NCBI GenBank assembly: GCA_977020255.1 | Contig: CDROCS010003840.1 | Span: forward strand, 62,001-126,000 | DNA length: 64,000 bases | Direction: 5' to 3' | Source of the DNA: Obrimoposthia wandeli | Taxonomy: Eukaryota | In this document: piece by piece, positions 1 to 9,907 of the stretch | Numbering within the stretch: position 1 is the first letter of the stretch | How the letters are laid out: every line of letters begins with the position of its first letter | Made by a program: the position numbers and the translations under genes | Notes under the pieces: model-generated | What the model was told of the DNA's origin: nothing | The model's database searches: none | Seen by the model: only the letters and a program-made list of their open reading frames with translations

Positions 1-540
1 AAGTTTGGTGTTATTGACGGTTCTATTGACGGTCTGAAAACTGAAGTTCGCAAGAATATGGAACGTGAACTTAAGCAAGCTGTTAAAGGCCGCATTAAAG
101 AACAGGTTCTTGACGGTCTTGTTGAGCAGAACGACATTAATGTTCCTGCTGCTCTTATCGACCAAGAAATCAATGTTCTACGTCAGCAAGCTGCAAAGCG
201 TTTTGGTGGTGATGCGAAGAACACGCCTGAACTACCACGTGAGCTTTTCGAAGAACAAGCTAAGCGTCGCGTAGTTGTTGGTCTTCTAATCGGTGAAGTC
301 ATCAAAACTGAAGAGCTAAAAGCAGACGAAGATCGCGTTAAAGCAATCATCGCTGAAATGGCTTCTGCATACGAAGATCCAACAGAAGTTGTTTCTTACT
401 ACGAGCAGGACGAGAAGATGATGAACAACATGCGTAATGTTGCACTAGAAGAGCAAGCAATTGATGCGCTTCTTGCTAAAGCTCAGGTTACAGAAAAAGA
501 AGTTGGTTTTAACGACTTAATGAACCAACCAGCAGCTTAA
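1..540 (+). CDS. tig: Trigger factor, C-terminal part (gene starts before the window)
   Basis: Frame is open from base 1 ([24 protein letters not shown]...). C-terminal motifs [14 protein letters not shown] and [10 protein letters not shown]; lies directly upstream of clpP. Confidence 0.97.
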   Translation, partial: KFGVIDGSIDGLKTEVRKNMERELKQAVKGRIKEQVLDGLVEQNDINVPAALIDQEINVLRQQAAKRFGGDAKNTPELPRELFEEQAKRRVVVGLLIGEVIKTEELKADEDRVKAIIAEMASAYEDPTEVVSYYEQDEKMMNNMRNVALEEQAIDALLAKAQVTEKEVGFNDLMNQPAA

Positions 541-592
541 TTTGCTGAAATTACTGTAGAGATTTGACTTTGTTTCGAATCATCTGCTAACA

Positions 593-630
593 ATGGTCCG
601 TGTGAGTCATTTCATTCGGGCCATTTATTT
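593..630 (+). terminator. Probable intrinsic terminator after tig
   Basis: Stem TGGTCCG/CGGGCCA (one G-U pair) followed by TTTATTTT. Confidence 0.45.
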
Positions 631-645
631 TAGGGAAATAACGTT

Positions 646-1269
646 ATGAGCTACCAAGAAAGAAACGCAATGTCTCCAATTACGGATGCGCTGGTTCCAA
701 TGGTGGTCGAGCAGACTTCTCGTGGTGAGCGTTCTTACGACATCTATTCCCGATTACTAAAAGAGCGTGTGATTTTCTTGACCGGTCAGGTTGAAGATCA
801 TATGGCTAATTTAGTAGTTGCACAGCTATTGTTTCTTGAATCTGAAAATCCAGATAAAGACATCTTCCTTTACATCAACTCTCCAGGTGGTTCTGTTACT
901 GCTGGTATGTCAATTTATGACACTATGCAGTTTATTAAACCAAATGTGAGCACTGTATGTATGGGGCAAGCATGTTCTATGGGTGCATTCCTGCTAGCTG
1001 GTGGCGCAAAAGGTAAGCGTTACTGCCTACCTAACTCTCGCGTTATGATTCACCAGCCGTTAGGTGGCTTCCAAGGACAAGCATCGGATATTCAAATCCA
1101 TGCAAAAGAAATTCTAACTATCAAACAACGATTGAATAACCTACTTGCTGAACATACAGGTCAACCTTTAGAAGTTGTTGAAGGTGATACAGACCGTGAT
1201 AACTTTATGTCAGCAGATCAGGCGGTTGAATACGGTTTGGTTGATTCTGTTTTGACGCAGCGTGACTAA
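646..1269 (+). CDS. clpP: ATP-dependent Clp protease proteolytic subunit
   Basis: [35 protein letters not shown], catalytic Ser in [10 protein letters not shown], His in MIHQP. Confidence 0.99.
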   Translation: MSYQERNAMSPITDALVPMVVEQTSRGERSYDIYSRLLKERVIFLTGQVEDHMANLVVAQLLFLESENPDKDIFLYINSPGGSVTAGMSIYDTMQFIKPNVSTVCMGQACSMGAFLLAGGAKGKRYCLPNSRVMIHQPLGGFQGQASDIQIHAKEILTIKQRLNNLLAEHTGQPLEVVEGDTDRDNFMSADQAVEYGLVDSVLTQRD

Positions 1270-1384
1270 TTCTTTCTGATGGTTTTGTTGTGCAGCTTTA
1301 CTGCGTAACGGAGCAAAATCGTAAGAATTGTTATACACTCAAAACAAAGCAATGATGGGTGTAAACCCAAAATGAGGTTAGCGA

Positions 1385-2665
1385 ATGACAGATAAGCGAA
1401 AAGAGACTGGTAGTGGAAAACTGCTGTACTGCTCTTTCTGTGGAAAAAGTCAACACGAAGTTCGTAAGCTAATCGCTGGCCCTTCTGTGTATATTTGCGA
1501 TGAGTGTGTCGATCTTTGTAACGACATCATTCGCGAAGAAATCAAAGAAGTGATGCCTAAGCGTGACGGCAATGAACTTCCGACTCCGCAAGAAATTCGT
1601 ACAAACCTGGATGATTATGTTATCGGTCAAAACCATGCGAAAAAGGTTTTGGCTGTAGCGGTATACAACCACTACAAACGTCTTCGTAATGGCGACACTA
1701 CCAGTGATGGTGTTGAGCTAGGTAAAAGTAATATTCTACTTATCGGTCCTACTGGTAGTGGTAAAACGCTTCTAGCTGAAACGTTAGCACGTATGCTAGA
1801 CGTTCCATTTACAATGGCTGATGCAACGACGCTGACTGAAGCGGGTTATGTCGGTGAAGATGTCGAAAACATCATTCAGAAGCTGCTACAGAAATGTGAT
1901 TATGATGTAGCTAAAGCTGAGCGCGGTATTGTTTATATCGATGAGATCGATAAGATTTCTCGTAAGTCTGATAACCCATCAATTACGCGTGACGTATCTG
2001 GTGAAGGTGTTCAGCAGGCGCTATTGAAATTGATTGAAGGTACAGTGGCTTCTGTTCCACCACAAGGTGGTCGTAAGCATCCTCAACAAGAATTCTTACA
2101 AGTTGATACTTCTAAGATTCTATTTATCTGTGGCGGTGCATTTGCTGGCCTAGATAAAGTGGTTGAGCAACGTGTCGCAACGGGTACGGGTATTGGCTTT
2201 AGTGCTGATGTTCGTTCAAAGAGCGAAAAGCGTACAATCAGTGACTTGTTTAAGAAGGTAGAACCACAAGATTTGGTTAAGTACGGTCTTATTCCTGAGT
2301 TTATTGGTCGTCTGCCTGTAACTGCCACGTTGACTGAACTTGATCAAGATGCATTGGTTCAAATTCTTCGCGAGCCGAAGAATGCATTGACTAAGCAGTA
2401 TGCGGCGTTACTTGAGCTTGAAAATGTTGAGCTTGAGTTCCGTGACGATGCATTAGTTGCTATTGCACGTAAAGCAATGGATCGTAAAACTGGCGCACGT
2501 GGCTTACGTTCAATTGTTGAGGCTGTTTTACTTGATACAATGTATGAACTGCCATCGTCTGTTGGTGTAAGTAAAGTTGTTATTGATGAGTCTGTTATCA
2601 ACGGCGAGTCAGAACCACTTATGATTTACGAAAACACCGAAAATCAGGCGGCTGGTGCTGAATAA
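1385..2665 (+). CDS. clpX: ATP-dependent Clp protease ATP-binding subunit
   Basis: N-terminal C4 zinc-binding domain (CSFC...CDEC), Walker A GPTGSGKT, Walker B IDEIDK, IGF loop (GIGFSA). Confidence 0.99.
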   Translation: MTDKRKETGSGKLLYCSFCGKSQHEVRKLIAGPSVYICDECVDLCNDIIREEIKEVMPKRDGNELPTPQEIRTNLDDYVIGQNHAKKVLAVAVYNHYKRLRNGDTTSDGVELGKSNILLIGPTGSGKTLLAETLARMLDVPFTMADATTLTEAGYVGEDVENIIQKLLQKCDYDVAKAERGIVYIDEIDKISRKSDNPSITRDVSGEGVQQALLKLIEGTVASVPPQGGRKHPQQEFLQVDTSKILFICGGAFAGLDKVVEQRVATGTGIGFSADVRSKSEKRTISDLFKKVEPQDLVKYGLIPEFIGRLPVTATLTELDQDALVQILREPKNALTKQYAALLELENVELEFRDDALVAIARKAMDRKTGARGLRSIVEAVLLDTMYELPSSVGVSKVVIDESVINGESEPLMIYENTENQAAGAE

Positions 2666-2691
2666 GTGTCTAATAACTGCACATAATGAAT

Positions 2692-2720
2692 AAAAAAAGG
2701 AGGCTTTGGCCTCCTTTTTT
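2692..2720 (+). terminator. Intrinsic terminator after clpX
   Basis: AAAAAAAGGAGGC-TTTG-GCCTCCTTTTTT. Confidence 0.9.
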
Positions 2721-2737
2721 GTTTTCTGTTACTTCTC

Positions 2738-2767
2738 CCGTTGAATAATAGTGCGTTACCCCCATAT
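2738..2767 (+). promoter_or_regulatory. Sigma-32 (RpoH) heat-shock promoter of lon
   Basis: CCGTTGAA-13 nt-CCCCCATAT matches the RpoH consensus TTGAAA-N13/14-CCCCATNT; lon is a canonical RpoH target. Confidence 0.85.
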
Positions 2768-2802
2768 ACTCATTAAAGAGACCAAAAGGAAGAGAGAAGC
2801 AT

Positions 2803-5175
2803 ATGAACCTGGAGCGTTCCGAGCGCCTTGATATTCCGGTTCTGCCACTGCGTGATGTGGTGGTATACCCTCACATGGTGATTCCATTGTTTGTGGGACG
2901 GGAAAAATCAATTCGTTGCCTTGAATCAGCAATGGATAACAATAAACAAATTTTACTGGTAGCTCAGAAAGAAGCTGCCACAGATGAACCTGCAATTACA
3001 GATTTGTACGATGTAGGTACAGTTGCCACTATTCTGCAGTTATTGAAATTGCCAGATGGAACTGTGAAGGTTCTGGTTGAAGGTCAGCAGCGTGCGACGG
3101 TTGAAAATCTCGTCGACAATGAATTCTTCAGTGCACAAGCCGAATATTTGGTTACACCAGAAATGGATGAAAGAGAGCAGGAAGTACTAGTACGTACTGC
3201 GATCAACCAATTTGAAGGCTTCATTAAGCTGAATAAAAAGATCCCACCAGAAGTGCTAACGTCTTTAAATGGTATTGATGAAGCGGCACGCCTTGCTGAT
3301 ACCATTGCTGCGCATATGCCTTTGAAGTTGGCAGATAAGCAGAAAGTACTCGAAATTATCGATATCACAGAGCGGTTAGAGTTCTTGATGGCGATGATGG
3401 AATCTGAAATCGATTTGCTTCAAGTTGAAAAACGCATCCGTGGACGCGTTAAGAAGCAAATGGAAAAGAGCCAGCGCGAGTATTATCTAAACGAACAAAT
3501 GAAAGCCATCCAGAAAGAACTGGGTGAGCTTGATGATGCACCAGACGAATTCGAATCTTTAAAAATAAAGATCGAAGCCTCTAAGATGCCAGCAGAAGCG
3601 AAAGAGAAGACAGAACAAGAGCTTCAAAAGCTTAAAATGATGTCTCCTATGTCTGCGGAAGCGACTGTCGTACGTGGTTACATCGACTGGATGCTGAGTG
3701 TGCCTTGGCACAAGCGTTCTAAAGTGAAGCGTAACTTAGCGAAAGCAGAAGAAGTGCTGAATGCCGATCACTACGGCTTAGAACGCGTTAAAGAACGCAT
3801 TCTTGAGTATTTAGCGGTTCAGAGCCGTATCAATAAACTGAAAGGTCCAATTCTTTGTCTTGTTGGTCCTCCTGGTGTGGGTAAAACGTCACTAGGTCAG
3901 TCGATTGCCGCCGCAACAGGGCGTAAGTACGTACGAATGGCGCTAGGCGGTGTTCGTGATGAAGCTGAAATCCGTGGTCACCGTAGAACGTACATTGGTT
4001 CTATGCCGGGTAAGATAATTCAAAAAATGGCAAAAGTTGAAGTGAAAAACCCGCTGTTTTTATTAGATGAAATCGACAAGATGTCATCTGATATGCGTGG
4101 TGATCCAGCTTCTGCTTTGCTTGAAGTACTAGATCCTGAGCAAAATAATGCATTTAACGATCATTACTTGGAAGTTGATTACGATCTTTCTGATGTAATG
4201 TTTGTCGCAACGTCTAACTCAATGAATATTCCTGGTCCATTACTTGACCGTATGGAAGTGATTCGTCTGTCGGGTTATACCGAAGATGAGAAGTTAAATA
4301 TTGCGAAAAATCACCTACTCGATAAGCAGATTCAACGTAATGGCTTAAAAGTGGGCGAGGTTGAAATTGATGATTCAGCGTTAATCGGCATTATTCGCTA
4401 CTACACACGTGAAGCGGGTGTACGTAGTCTTGAGCGAGAAATTTCAAAACTTTGTCGTAAAGCAGTAAAAGAAATTTTATTGAATAAAGACGTTAAGAAA
4501 GTCACGATTAACCAAGCTAACCTAAAAGACTACCTTGGTGTTCAGCGTTGTGATTACGGTAAAGCTGATGAAAGCAATCGTATTGGTCAAGTGACTGGTT
4601 TAGCATGGACTGAAGTCGGTGGTGATTTATTAACCATCGAAACGGAGTCAATGCTAGGCAAAGGTAAGCTGACCTACACGGGCTCACTCGGTGATGTGAT
4701 GCAAGAGTCGATACAAGCAGCAATGACCGTAGTAAGAGCACGTGCAGAGCGTCTAGGCATTGCTACAGACTTTTACGAGAAGCGTGATATTCACGTTCAC
4801 GTACCAGAAGGTGCAACACCTAAAGATGGCCCTAGTGCCGGTGTCGCAATGTGTACGGCACTTGTTTCTAGCTTAACCGGTAATCCTGTTCGTGCTGATG
4901 TTGCAATGACGGGTGAAATTACCCTACGTGGTGAAGTACTGCCAATCGGTGGCTTGAAAGAGAAACTGTTAGCAGCCCACCGTGGTGGTATAAAAACGGT
5001 CATCATTCCTAAAGAGAATGAACGTGACTTGGAAGAGATTCCAGCTAACGTAATTGCTGATTTGCTCGTGCGCCCAGTACGTTGGATTGATGAAGTGCTA
5101 ACAATAGCATTGCAGAATAATCCAACAGGCATTGAACTGGTAAATGCTCCAAATAGTGATGTGCAGCAAAGTTAA
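2803..5175 (+). CDS. lon: Lon protease
   Basis: LPLRDVVVYPHMVIPLFVGREKS, Walker A GPPGVGKT, catalytic PKDGPSAG and Lys in GGLKEK. Confidence 0.99.
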   Translation: MNLERSERLDIPVLPLRDVVVYPHMVIPLFVGREKSIRCLESAMDNNKQILLVAQKEAATDEPAITDLYDVGTVATILQLLKLPDGTVKVLVEGQQRATVENLVDNEFFSAQAEYLVTPEMDEREQEVLVRTAINQFEGFIKLNKKIPPEVLTSLNGIDEAARLADTIAAHMPLKLADKQKVLEIIDITERLEFLMAMMESEIDLLQVEKRIRGRVKKQMEKSQREYYLNEQMKAIQKELGELDDAPDEFESLKIKIEASKMPAEAKEKTEQELQKLKMMSPMSAEATVVRGYIDWMLSVPWHKRSKVKRNLAKAEEVLNADHYGLERVKERILEYLAVQSRINKLKGPILCLVGPPGVGKTSLGQSIAAATGRKYVRMALGGVRDEAEIRGHRRTYIGSMPGKIIQKMAKVEVKNPLFLLDEIDKMSSDMRGDPASALLEVLDPEQNNAFNDHYLEVDYDLSDVMFVATSNSMNIPGPLLDRMEVIRLSGYTEDEKLNIAKNHLLDKQIQRNGLKVGEVEIDDSALIGIIRYYTREAGVRSLEREISKLCRKAVKEILLNKDVKKVTINQANLKDYLGVQRCDYGKADESNRIGQVTGLAWTEVGGDLLTIETESMLGKGKLTYTGSLGDVMQESIQAAMTVVRARAERLGIATDFYEKRDIHVHVPEGATPKDGPSAGVAMCTALVSSLTGNPVRADVAMTGEITLRGEVLPIGGLKEKLLAAHRGGIKTVIIPKENERDLEEIPANVIADLLVRPVRWIDEVLTIALQNNPTGIELVNAPNSDVQQS

Positions 5176-5181
5176 GTAAAG

Positions 5182-5224
5182 AAAAAACGCTTTCAAGTGC
5201 GAAAAGCCTTGTCAGCGTTTTTTT
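5182..5224 (+). terminator. Terminator after lon (long-loop hairpin)
   Basis: AAAAAACGCT ... AGCGTTTTTTT enclosing an inner CAAG/CTTG stem. Confidence 0.65.
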
Positions 5225-5237
5225 GTCTGGCTATAAG
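5209..5237 (+). promoter_or_regulatory. Sigma-70 promoter upstream of hupB, overlapping the lon terminator
   Basis: TTGTCA-17 nt-TATAAG. Confidence 0.6.
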
Positions 5238-5413
5238 TTAGGTCTAATTCGCTGTTAGCTCAATAATATCAATGCATGCACCCAATGTTGGGTTGTTGCA
5301 TTGACATAATAAAGCTTGATAAATATTTTGATTGTCCGCTGTGAAAGCTCAAACAAAATGGGTTTTCGCAAACAAGGTTGCTTACGGACAATGTTCATAG
5401 AGGGGATGAAATC

Positions 5414-5689
5414 GTGAACAAAACTCAGTTAGTTGATAAAATCGCAGAAAGTGCAGATATCTCAAAAGCATCTGCAGGTCGTGCTCTAGATGCATTCATT
5501 GATGCTGTATCTGGTACATTGAAAGATGGTGATCAGGTTGCTCTAGTGGGTTTTGGTACCTTCTCAGTGCGTGATCGTGCAGCGCGTACAGGTCGCAACC
5601 CTCAAACGGGTGAAGAAATCCAAATTGCAGCAGCGAAAGTACCGGGTTTCAAGCCAGGTAAAGCACTTAAAGACTCTGTGAATCTATAA
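5414..5689 (+). CDS. hupB: DNA-binding protein HU-beta
   Basis: GTG start after AGGGGA; [11 protein letters not shown]...[21 protein letters not shown]; conserved lon-hupB-ppiD order. Confidence 0.97.
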   Translation: MNKTQLVDKIAESADISKASAGRALDAFIDAVSGTLKDGDQVALVGFGTFSVRDRAARTGRNPQTGEEIQIAAAKVPGFKPGKALKDSVNL

Positions 5690-5808
5690 GCATCTGCAAT
5701 GTTGGCTCTTTAATAATAGAGCTGGGCATTAGCCTTATGTTTACGTTGTATGAAACTACAGCACAAAGATTATTGTCGGTTGTTTACACAATTAGACAAA
5801 TCTGATGA

Positions 5809-5834
5809 GGCGCATCGTGTAGATGCGTTTTTTT
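5809..5834 (+). terminator. Intrinsic terminator after hupB
   Basis: GCGCATC-GTGTA-GATGCGT followed by a T run. Confidence 0.75.
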
Positions 5835-5961
5835 ACTTTATACTGGTGTGATTTTATATCAGATGATATAGCGGTAGTCGGTTAGCCACATTGGTTGATT
5901 GTTATCACAGGCATTACTCACAGTACCATATTCGCTAGACATGTAGGAGATACGGCAGATT

Positions 5962-7833
5962 ATGATGGAACGATTGCGCGAAGGCGTTAACAGTATTTGG
6001 GTTAAGGTTATTCTTGGCTTAATTATTTTTTCTTTTGTTTTTGCCGGGGTTGGTAGTTATCTAGCCGGTGGTAGCCAACCAGTTGCAGCAAAAATTAATG
6101 GCTCTGAAATTAGCCAAAACGAATTTGAACAGGCTTACCAAAATGAGCGTAACCGAATGCAGTCACAGCTTGGTGATTACTTCTCGACGCTATTAGGTGA
6201 TCCTGAATATGTTAAACAGTTCCGTCAAAGCGTTCTTGATCGCATGATCAATGACGTATTGCTAGAACAACGTGCTACAGACCTTGGTCTTCGCATTAGT
6301 GATGAGCATATCCGTAAAACGATTACCTCAATGCCTGAATTCCAGCGTGATGGGCAGTTTGATAATGAGTCGTACACCATGTTATTGCGCCGTTCAGGTT
6401 TCACACCTGATCAGTTTGCGGAATATATGCGTACAGACATGCTGCGTACGCAATTCTTAACCGCTATTCAAGGTAGTGATTTCGCGCTAGATAGCGAGTT
6501 AACAGCACTTCGTCAATTAGAAGCTCAACAACGTGTTGTTCGTAGCCTAACATTAGATCTTGCTGGCTTTACTAAAAATGCAACCGTGACAGATGAAGAA
6601 GCAAAAGCATTTTACGAGCAAAATCCTCAAATGTTTACGCGTCCTGATCAAGTGAAAGTTGCGTATATCGAACTTTCAGGTGAAGGTTTAAAAGATACAC
6701 TGGATGTGTCTGATGAAGATGCAAAAGCGTATTATGAAGAACATAATGATAAGTACAGCTCTATTGAGCAACGTCAAGTTAGCCACATTCTAGTACAAGG
6801 TGACAATGCGGATGCGAAAGCAAAAGCTGAGGCGCTTAAAGCTGAACTAGATGCGGGTGCTGATTTCTCTGAGCTGGCGTTGTCATCATCTGATGATACA
6901 TACAGTGCTAAAGATGGCGGTAAGCTAGATTGGTTTGAACGTGGTGTGATGGATCCTGCATTTGAAGATGCAGCATTTGATCTTGCTAATAACGGTGATA
7001 TTTCTGGTGTTGTTAAGTCGTCTTTCGGTTACCACATCATCAAATTAGACGCAGTTAAAGCAAGCCAAGTTAAACCATTTGCAGATGTTAGCGCAGAAAT
7101 CATGGTAGAGCTTCGTGAACAGCAAGCTGCTGAACACTTCTACGATATGCAGACAAAGTTAGCGGAAACAGCATTCGAGATGCCTGACTCGCTAGACGAC
7201 GCTGCTGCTGTCGTGAATGCAACGGTTCATACAACAGATTTTATCTCACAAACAGATGCACAAGGTGTATTGGCTAACCCTGCGGTTATGCAAGCATTGT
7301 TCAGTGCTGAAGTACGTGAAGATGGTTTAAACTCTGATGTTATTGAGATTGCACCAGAGCACGTAGTTGTTGTACGTGTTGATGATTCTCGTGACGAAAT
7401 GGTATTACCGTTTGATGAAGTTTCTGCAAAAGTGAAAGCACAACTTGCAATCCAGAAAGGCGAGCAGAATGCACAAGCTAAAGCGGACGATCTGATTGCA
7501 GCACTTCGTGCAGGAAATATAGATGCGCTTGACGCTGAAGGTTTAAGCTTCGGTGAAGAGCAAACTATCAGCCGTTCAGGTCCTGATCGTATGGTTTCTC
7601 AAGTGGCGTTTAGTCTAACAAAACCAACTGATGATCAATCGGTATATGGTATGACGCGTGATGCTACTGGTAACGTTCAAATTATCGCACTTGATAAGGT
7701 GATTGATGTTGATGTTGCTAAAGAGGCAATCAGCAGTGATTTTGCTAAACAAGTTGAGCAAATGAACGCGCAGCAAGATGTGGCAGCAACGCTTCAAGCG
7801 CTTCGCGATACTGCAGAAGTAAGTTATCCATAA
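5962..7833 (+). CDS. ppiD: Periplasmic folding chaperone / peptidyl-prolyl isomerase PpiD
   Basis: N-terminal TM (KVILGLIIFSFVFAG), SurA-like domain, parvulin domain (SHIL...GGKLDWF...FGYHII), 623 aa. Confidence 0.96.
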   Translation: MMERLREGVNSIWVKVILGLIIFSFVFAGVGSYLAGGSQPVAAKINGSEISQNEFEQAYQNERNRMQSQLGDYFSTLLGDPEYVKQFRQSVLDRMINDVLLEQRATDLGLRISDEHIRKTITSMPEFQRDGQFDNESYTMLLRRSGFTPDQFAEYMRTDMLRTQFLTAIQGSDFALDSELTALRQLEAQQRVVRSLTLDLAGFTKNATVTDEEAKAFYEQNPQMFTRPDQVKVAYIELSGEGLKDTLDVSDEDAKAYYEEHNDKYSSIEQRQVSHILVQGDNADAKAKAEALKAELDAGADFSELALSSSDDTYSAKDGGKLDWFERGVMDPAFEDAAFDLANNGDISGVVKSSFGYHIIKLDAVKASQVKPFADVSAEIMVELREQQAAEHFYDMQTKLAETAFEMPDSLDDAAAVVNATVHTTDFISQTDAQGVLANPAVMQALFSAEVREDGLNSDVIEIAPEHVVVVRVDDSRDEMVLPFDEVSAKVKAQLAIQKGEQNAQAKADDLIAALRAGNIDALDAEGLSFGEEQTISRSGPDRMVSQVAFSLTKPTDDQSVYGMTRDATGNVQIIALDKVIDVDVAKEAISSDFAKQVEQMNAQQDVAATLQALRDTAEVSYP

Positions 7834-7875
7834 TTGGATATATCTGCAAATTAACTGAAATTGATGTTTCTGTTA

Positions 7876-7906
7876 ACGGGTCGCCATTGTGCGACCCGTC
7901 GTTTTT
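7876..7906 (+). terminator. Intrinsic terminator after ppiD
   Basis: ACGGGTCGC-CATTGT-GCGACCCGT followed by CGTTTTT. Confidence 0.8.
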
Positions 7907-8185
7907 ATACTGTAAAAACGCTTTTAAACCTTTCTCTTCGTTCCTGTCCCGCTATTCTCATCTCAGTTATAACCACTGTGGTTTATCACTAATACCATTC
8001 TGGATAAGTAAATGGTCAGATAATTGCGTAGATAAAATTGATAATAACAAGGCAGAAATTGAAGTAACTAGTGGTTCTAATTATAAAATTTCTAACGCAG
8101 TTATAAGCAATTTTAACCAGCAAGGATGATCAGATACTTGTCTAGATTGGTATAAGTACTTAATTGAATATTCAAAGGAATAGAA

Positions 8186-8470
8186 ATGAAGACGATTATT
8201 AAAATGGCATTATTTTCAATATTTTTACTCTTAGCGCCGTTAAGTCAGGCAGCTAATGAATACGAAGGAATTGAAATAAAAATTAACATCAATAATGCAA
8301 ACGCAGAAGAATTAGATAAGTTGTTGATTGGTATTGGTCCAGAGAAAGCCGAAAGTATCATTATCTATCGTAAAGAAAAGGGTAATTTTCAGACTGCAGA
8401 TGATTTGATTAATGTGAAAGGTATTGGCCTTGCGACTGTTGATAAAAACAGAGAAAGAATAGAATTATAA
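8186..8470 (+). CDS. comEA: ComEA-family helix-hairpin-helix DNA-binding protein (competence DNA receptor / YbaV-like)
   Basis: Signal peptide followed by ININNANAEEL...GIGPEKAESII...VKGIG (two HhH motifs); follows ppiD. Confidence 0.9.
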   Translation: MKTIIKMALFSIFLLLAPLSQAANEYEGIEIKININNANAEELDKLLIGIGPEKAESIIIYRKEKGNFQTADDLINVKGIGLATVDKNRERIEL

Positions 8471-8567
8471 ATGACTGGTAGATAACACGAGAAGGAGAGA
8501 GGCGTAGTACTCCTTCATCAGTGACGGTTCTACCGCTATGGTTCCCCCTGATAGTTTGTAAGCTGGC

Positions 8568-8762
8568 TTAGCTCATTGATGAACGCTTATTTTGATAAGT
8601 AAATGCAGCACGAGCAGTAGATAAAAACATGTCGTAGCCATAGCACTGGTAGTCACTCATTAGTGCCTGTGCATTTTCTAATGAAAATTTATACTTACCT
8701 CGCTTACCCACTCGAACAATGCCCTCAGGTAGTTTTATATTCACACGATATAGAGGTGTCAT
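8568..8762 (-). CDS. Small hypothetical protein (64 aa)
   Basis: ATG preceded by AAGGT about 7 nt upstream; overlaps no other gene; same strand and 87 bp downstream of the yeaR-like gene. Confidence 0.55.
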   Translation of the reverse strand: MTPLYRVNIKLPEGIVRVGKRGKYKFSLENAQALMSDYQCYGYDMFLSTARAAFTYQNKRSSMS

Positions 8763-8849
8763 TTACGTTACCTTTTTGAATTTAGATGAAGCCTTCCTTG
8801 GCGCCATACATTAAAAATACGATGATTTATTTATTCTGTTAAGACGTCA

Positions 8850-9188
8850 TTACTTTTTTGCATTAAACAGTGCTTGATTGGTTTTATCTTTGTCTGACCA
8901 AAAATTAATGTTGAATTGGGCGTCGTCAGATAATTCGACACGATGCCAATATTCAGGAGGGCTGGTCGCAAACTGCCCAGCGTGAATAACGATGGTCGCC
9001 TCTGGCTCTGTCGCATTTTCATCAGCAAAACCATAGTAGGTGACAGTACCTTCCATTACACAAAGCTGACCAAAAACACCTTCAGCGGTATTGTGGTGAG
9101 AGAGCAAAGCGGCAGGTACATTATCTTTGGTAAAGAAAGGAGTCGAACGTTGTACTTTCCAATTGTTAGGAATGCGTAAATGGCTCAT
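8850..9188 (-). CDS. yeaR: DUF1971 / YeaR-family cupin (TehB N-terminal-like)
   Basis: MSHLRIP...RSTPFFTKDNVPAALLSHHNTAEGVFGQLCVMEG...SPPEYWHRVE; ATG at 9188 with GAGG Shine-Dalgarno (SD). Confidence 0.85.
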   Translation of the reverse strand: MSHLRIPNNWKVQRSTPFFTKDNVPAALLSHHNTAEGVFGQLCVMEGTVTYYGFADENATEPEATIVIHAGQFATSPPEYWHRVELSDDAQFNINFWSDKDKTNQALFNAKK

Positions 9189-9247
9189 GGTTAACCTCTC
9201 TGATAGTAAATGTTTATTGATCATAGAAAGTGATTTCCCGATCACTA

Positions 9248-9270
9248 AAGATGCATTAATAATACACCTT
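9248..9270 (-). promoter_or_regulatory. NsrR operator overlapping the -10 of the yeaR-like promoter
   Basis: AAGATGCATTA-A-TAATACACCTT is an 11-1-11 inverted repeat close to AAGATGCATTT-N-AAATACATCTT. Minus-strand promoter TTGAAT(9286-9281)-16 nt-TATTAT(9264-9259). Confidence 0.8.
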
Positions 9271-9325
9271 TGCGGGTCGTATTCAATAATAATTCTCATT
9301 TACGCCAATTAATGGTTTTGTTATT

Positions 9326-9898
9326 TCAATTAATTACTTTTTTCTTCAGTAGCTTGTTGGGGTAAAAAAAACTGAGAAATCCTGACAATGAACCTATTAA
9401 CGCGCCAATTAAGTGTGCTTCGGTTGCCACGCGAGCACCAATTAGGGCTTCTGAACTGGCTGAACCGCCGTAGATTTGCTCCCAAGTGATCTTGATAATT
9501 AATCCAACAAATAACAGCCAGCCACCTTTCGTTTTTGTGCGTATATCACTAATCGCTCCCCAAGCGAATATGCCATGCAGTACCCCTGACAATCCAGCGT
9601 ACCATTGCATATTAGTGGCGAATATTCCGCCGCCTATGCCGATAGAAAGCACGATGATTAAAGCGGTGTAACGTTTGGCATTAAAATGGGCACGAAAAAT
9701 AAAACTAATAATCAGGAGTGCTAATGCGTTCATTAACAAATGTGCCCAATTGGTATGCGTTAGATTTCCTGTTAATATCCGCCATATTTCACCCTGAAGA
9801 ATCGCATTACGATCCCAAGCAAGCCAAGGCTGAAGCGTGGGTATTTGCGCAACAAGGCAGATAGTAATGACGAAAAATAAATACGTACGAATAGACAA
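9326..9898 (-). CDS. rrtA: Rhombosortase (rhomboid protease for GlyGly-CTERM proteins)
   Basis: WRILTGNLTHTNWAHLLMN, catalytic GLSGVLHG and EAHLIG; TTG start at 9898 with GAGG SD. Confidence 0.88.
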   Translation of the reverse strand: MSIRTYLFFVITICLVAQIPTLQPWLAWDRNAILQGEIWRILTGNLTHTNWAHLLMNALALLIISFIFRAHFNAKRYTALIIVLSIGIGGGIFATNMQWYAGLSGVLHGIFAWGAISDIRTKTKGGWLLFVGLIIKITWEQIYGGSASSEALIGARVATEAHLIGALIGSLSGFLSFFYPNKLLKKKVIN

Positions 9899-9907
9899 GG
9901 CAACCTC

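Noticed and set aside
7907-8185. CRP-S/competence regulatory site upstream of comEA
   Set aside because: No convincing TGCGA-N6-TCGCA or TGTGA-N6-TCACA match found by eye.
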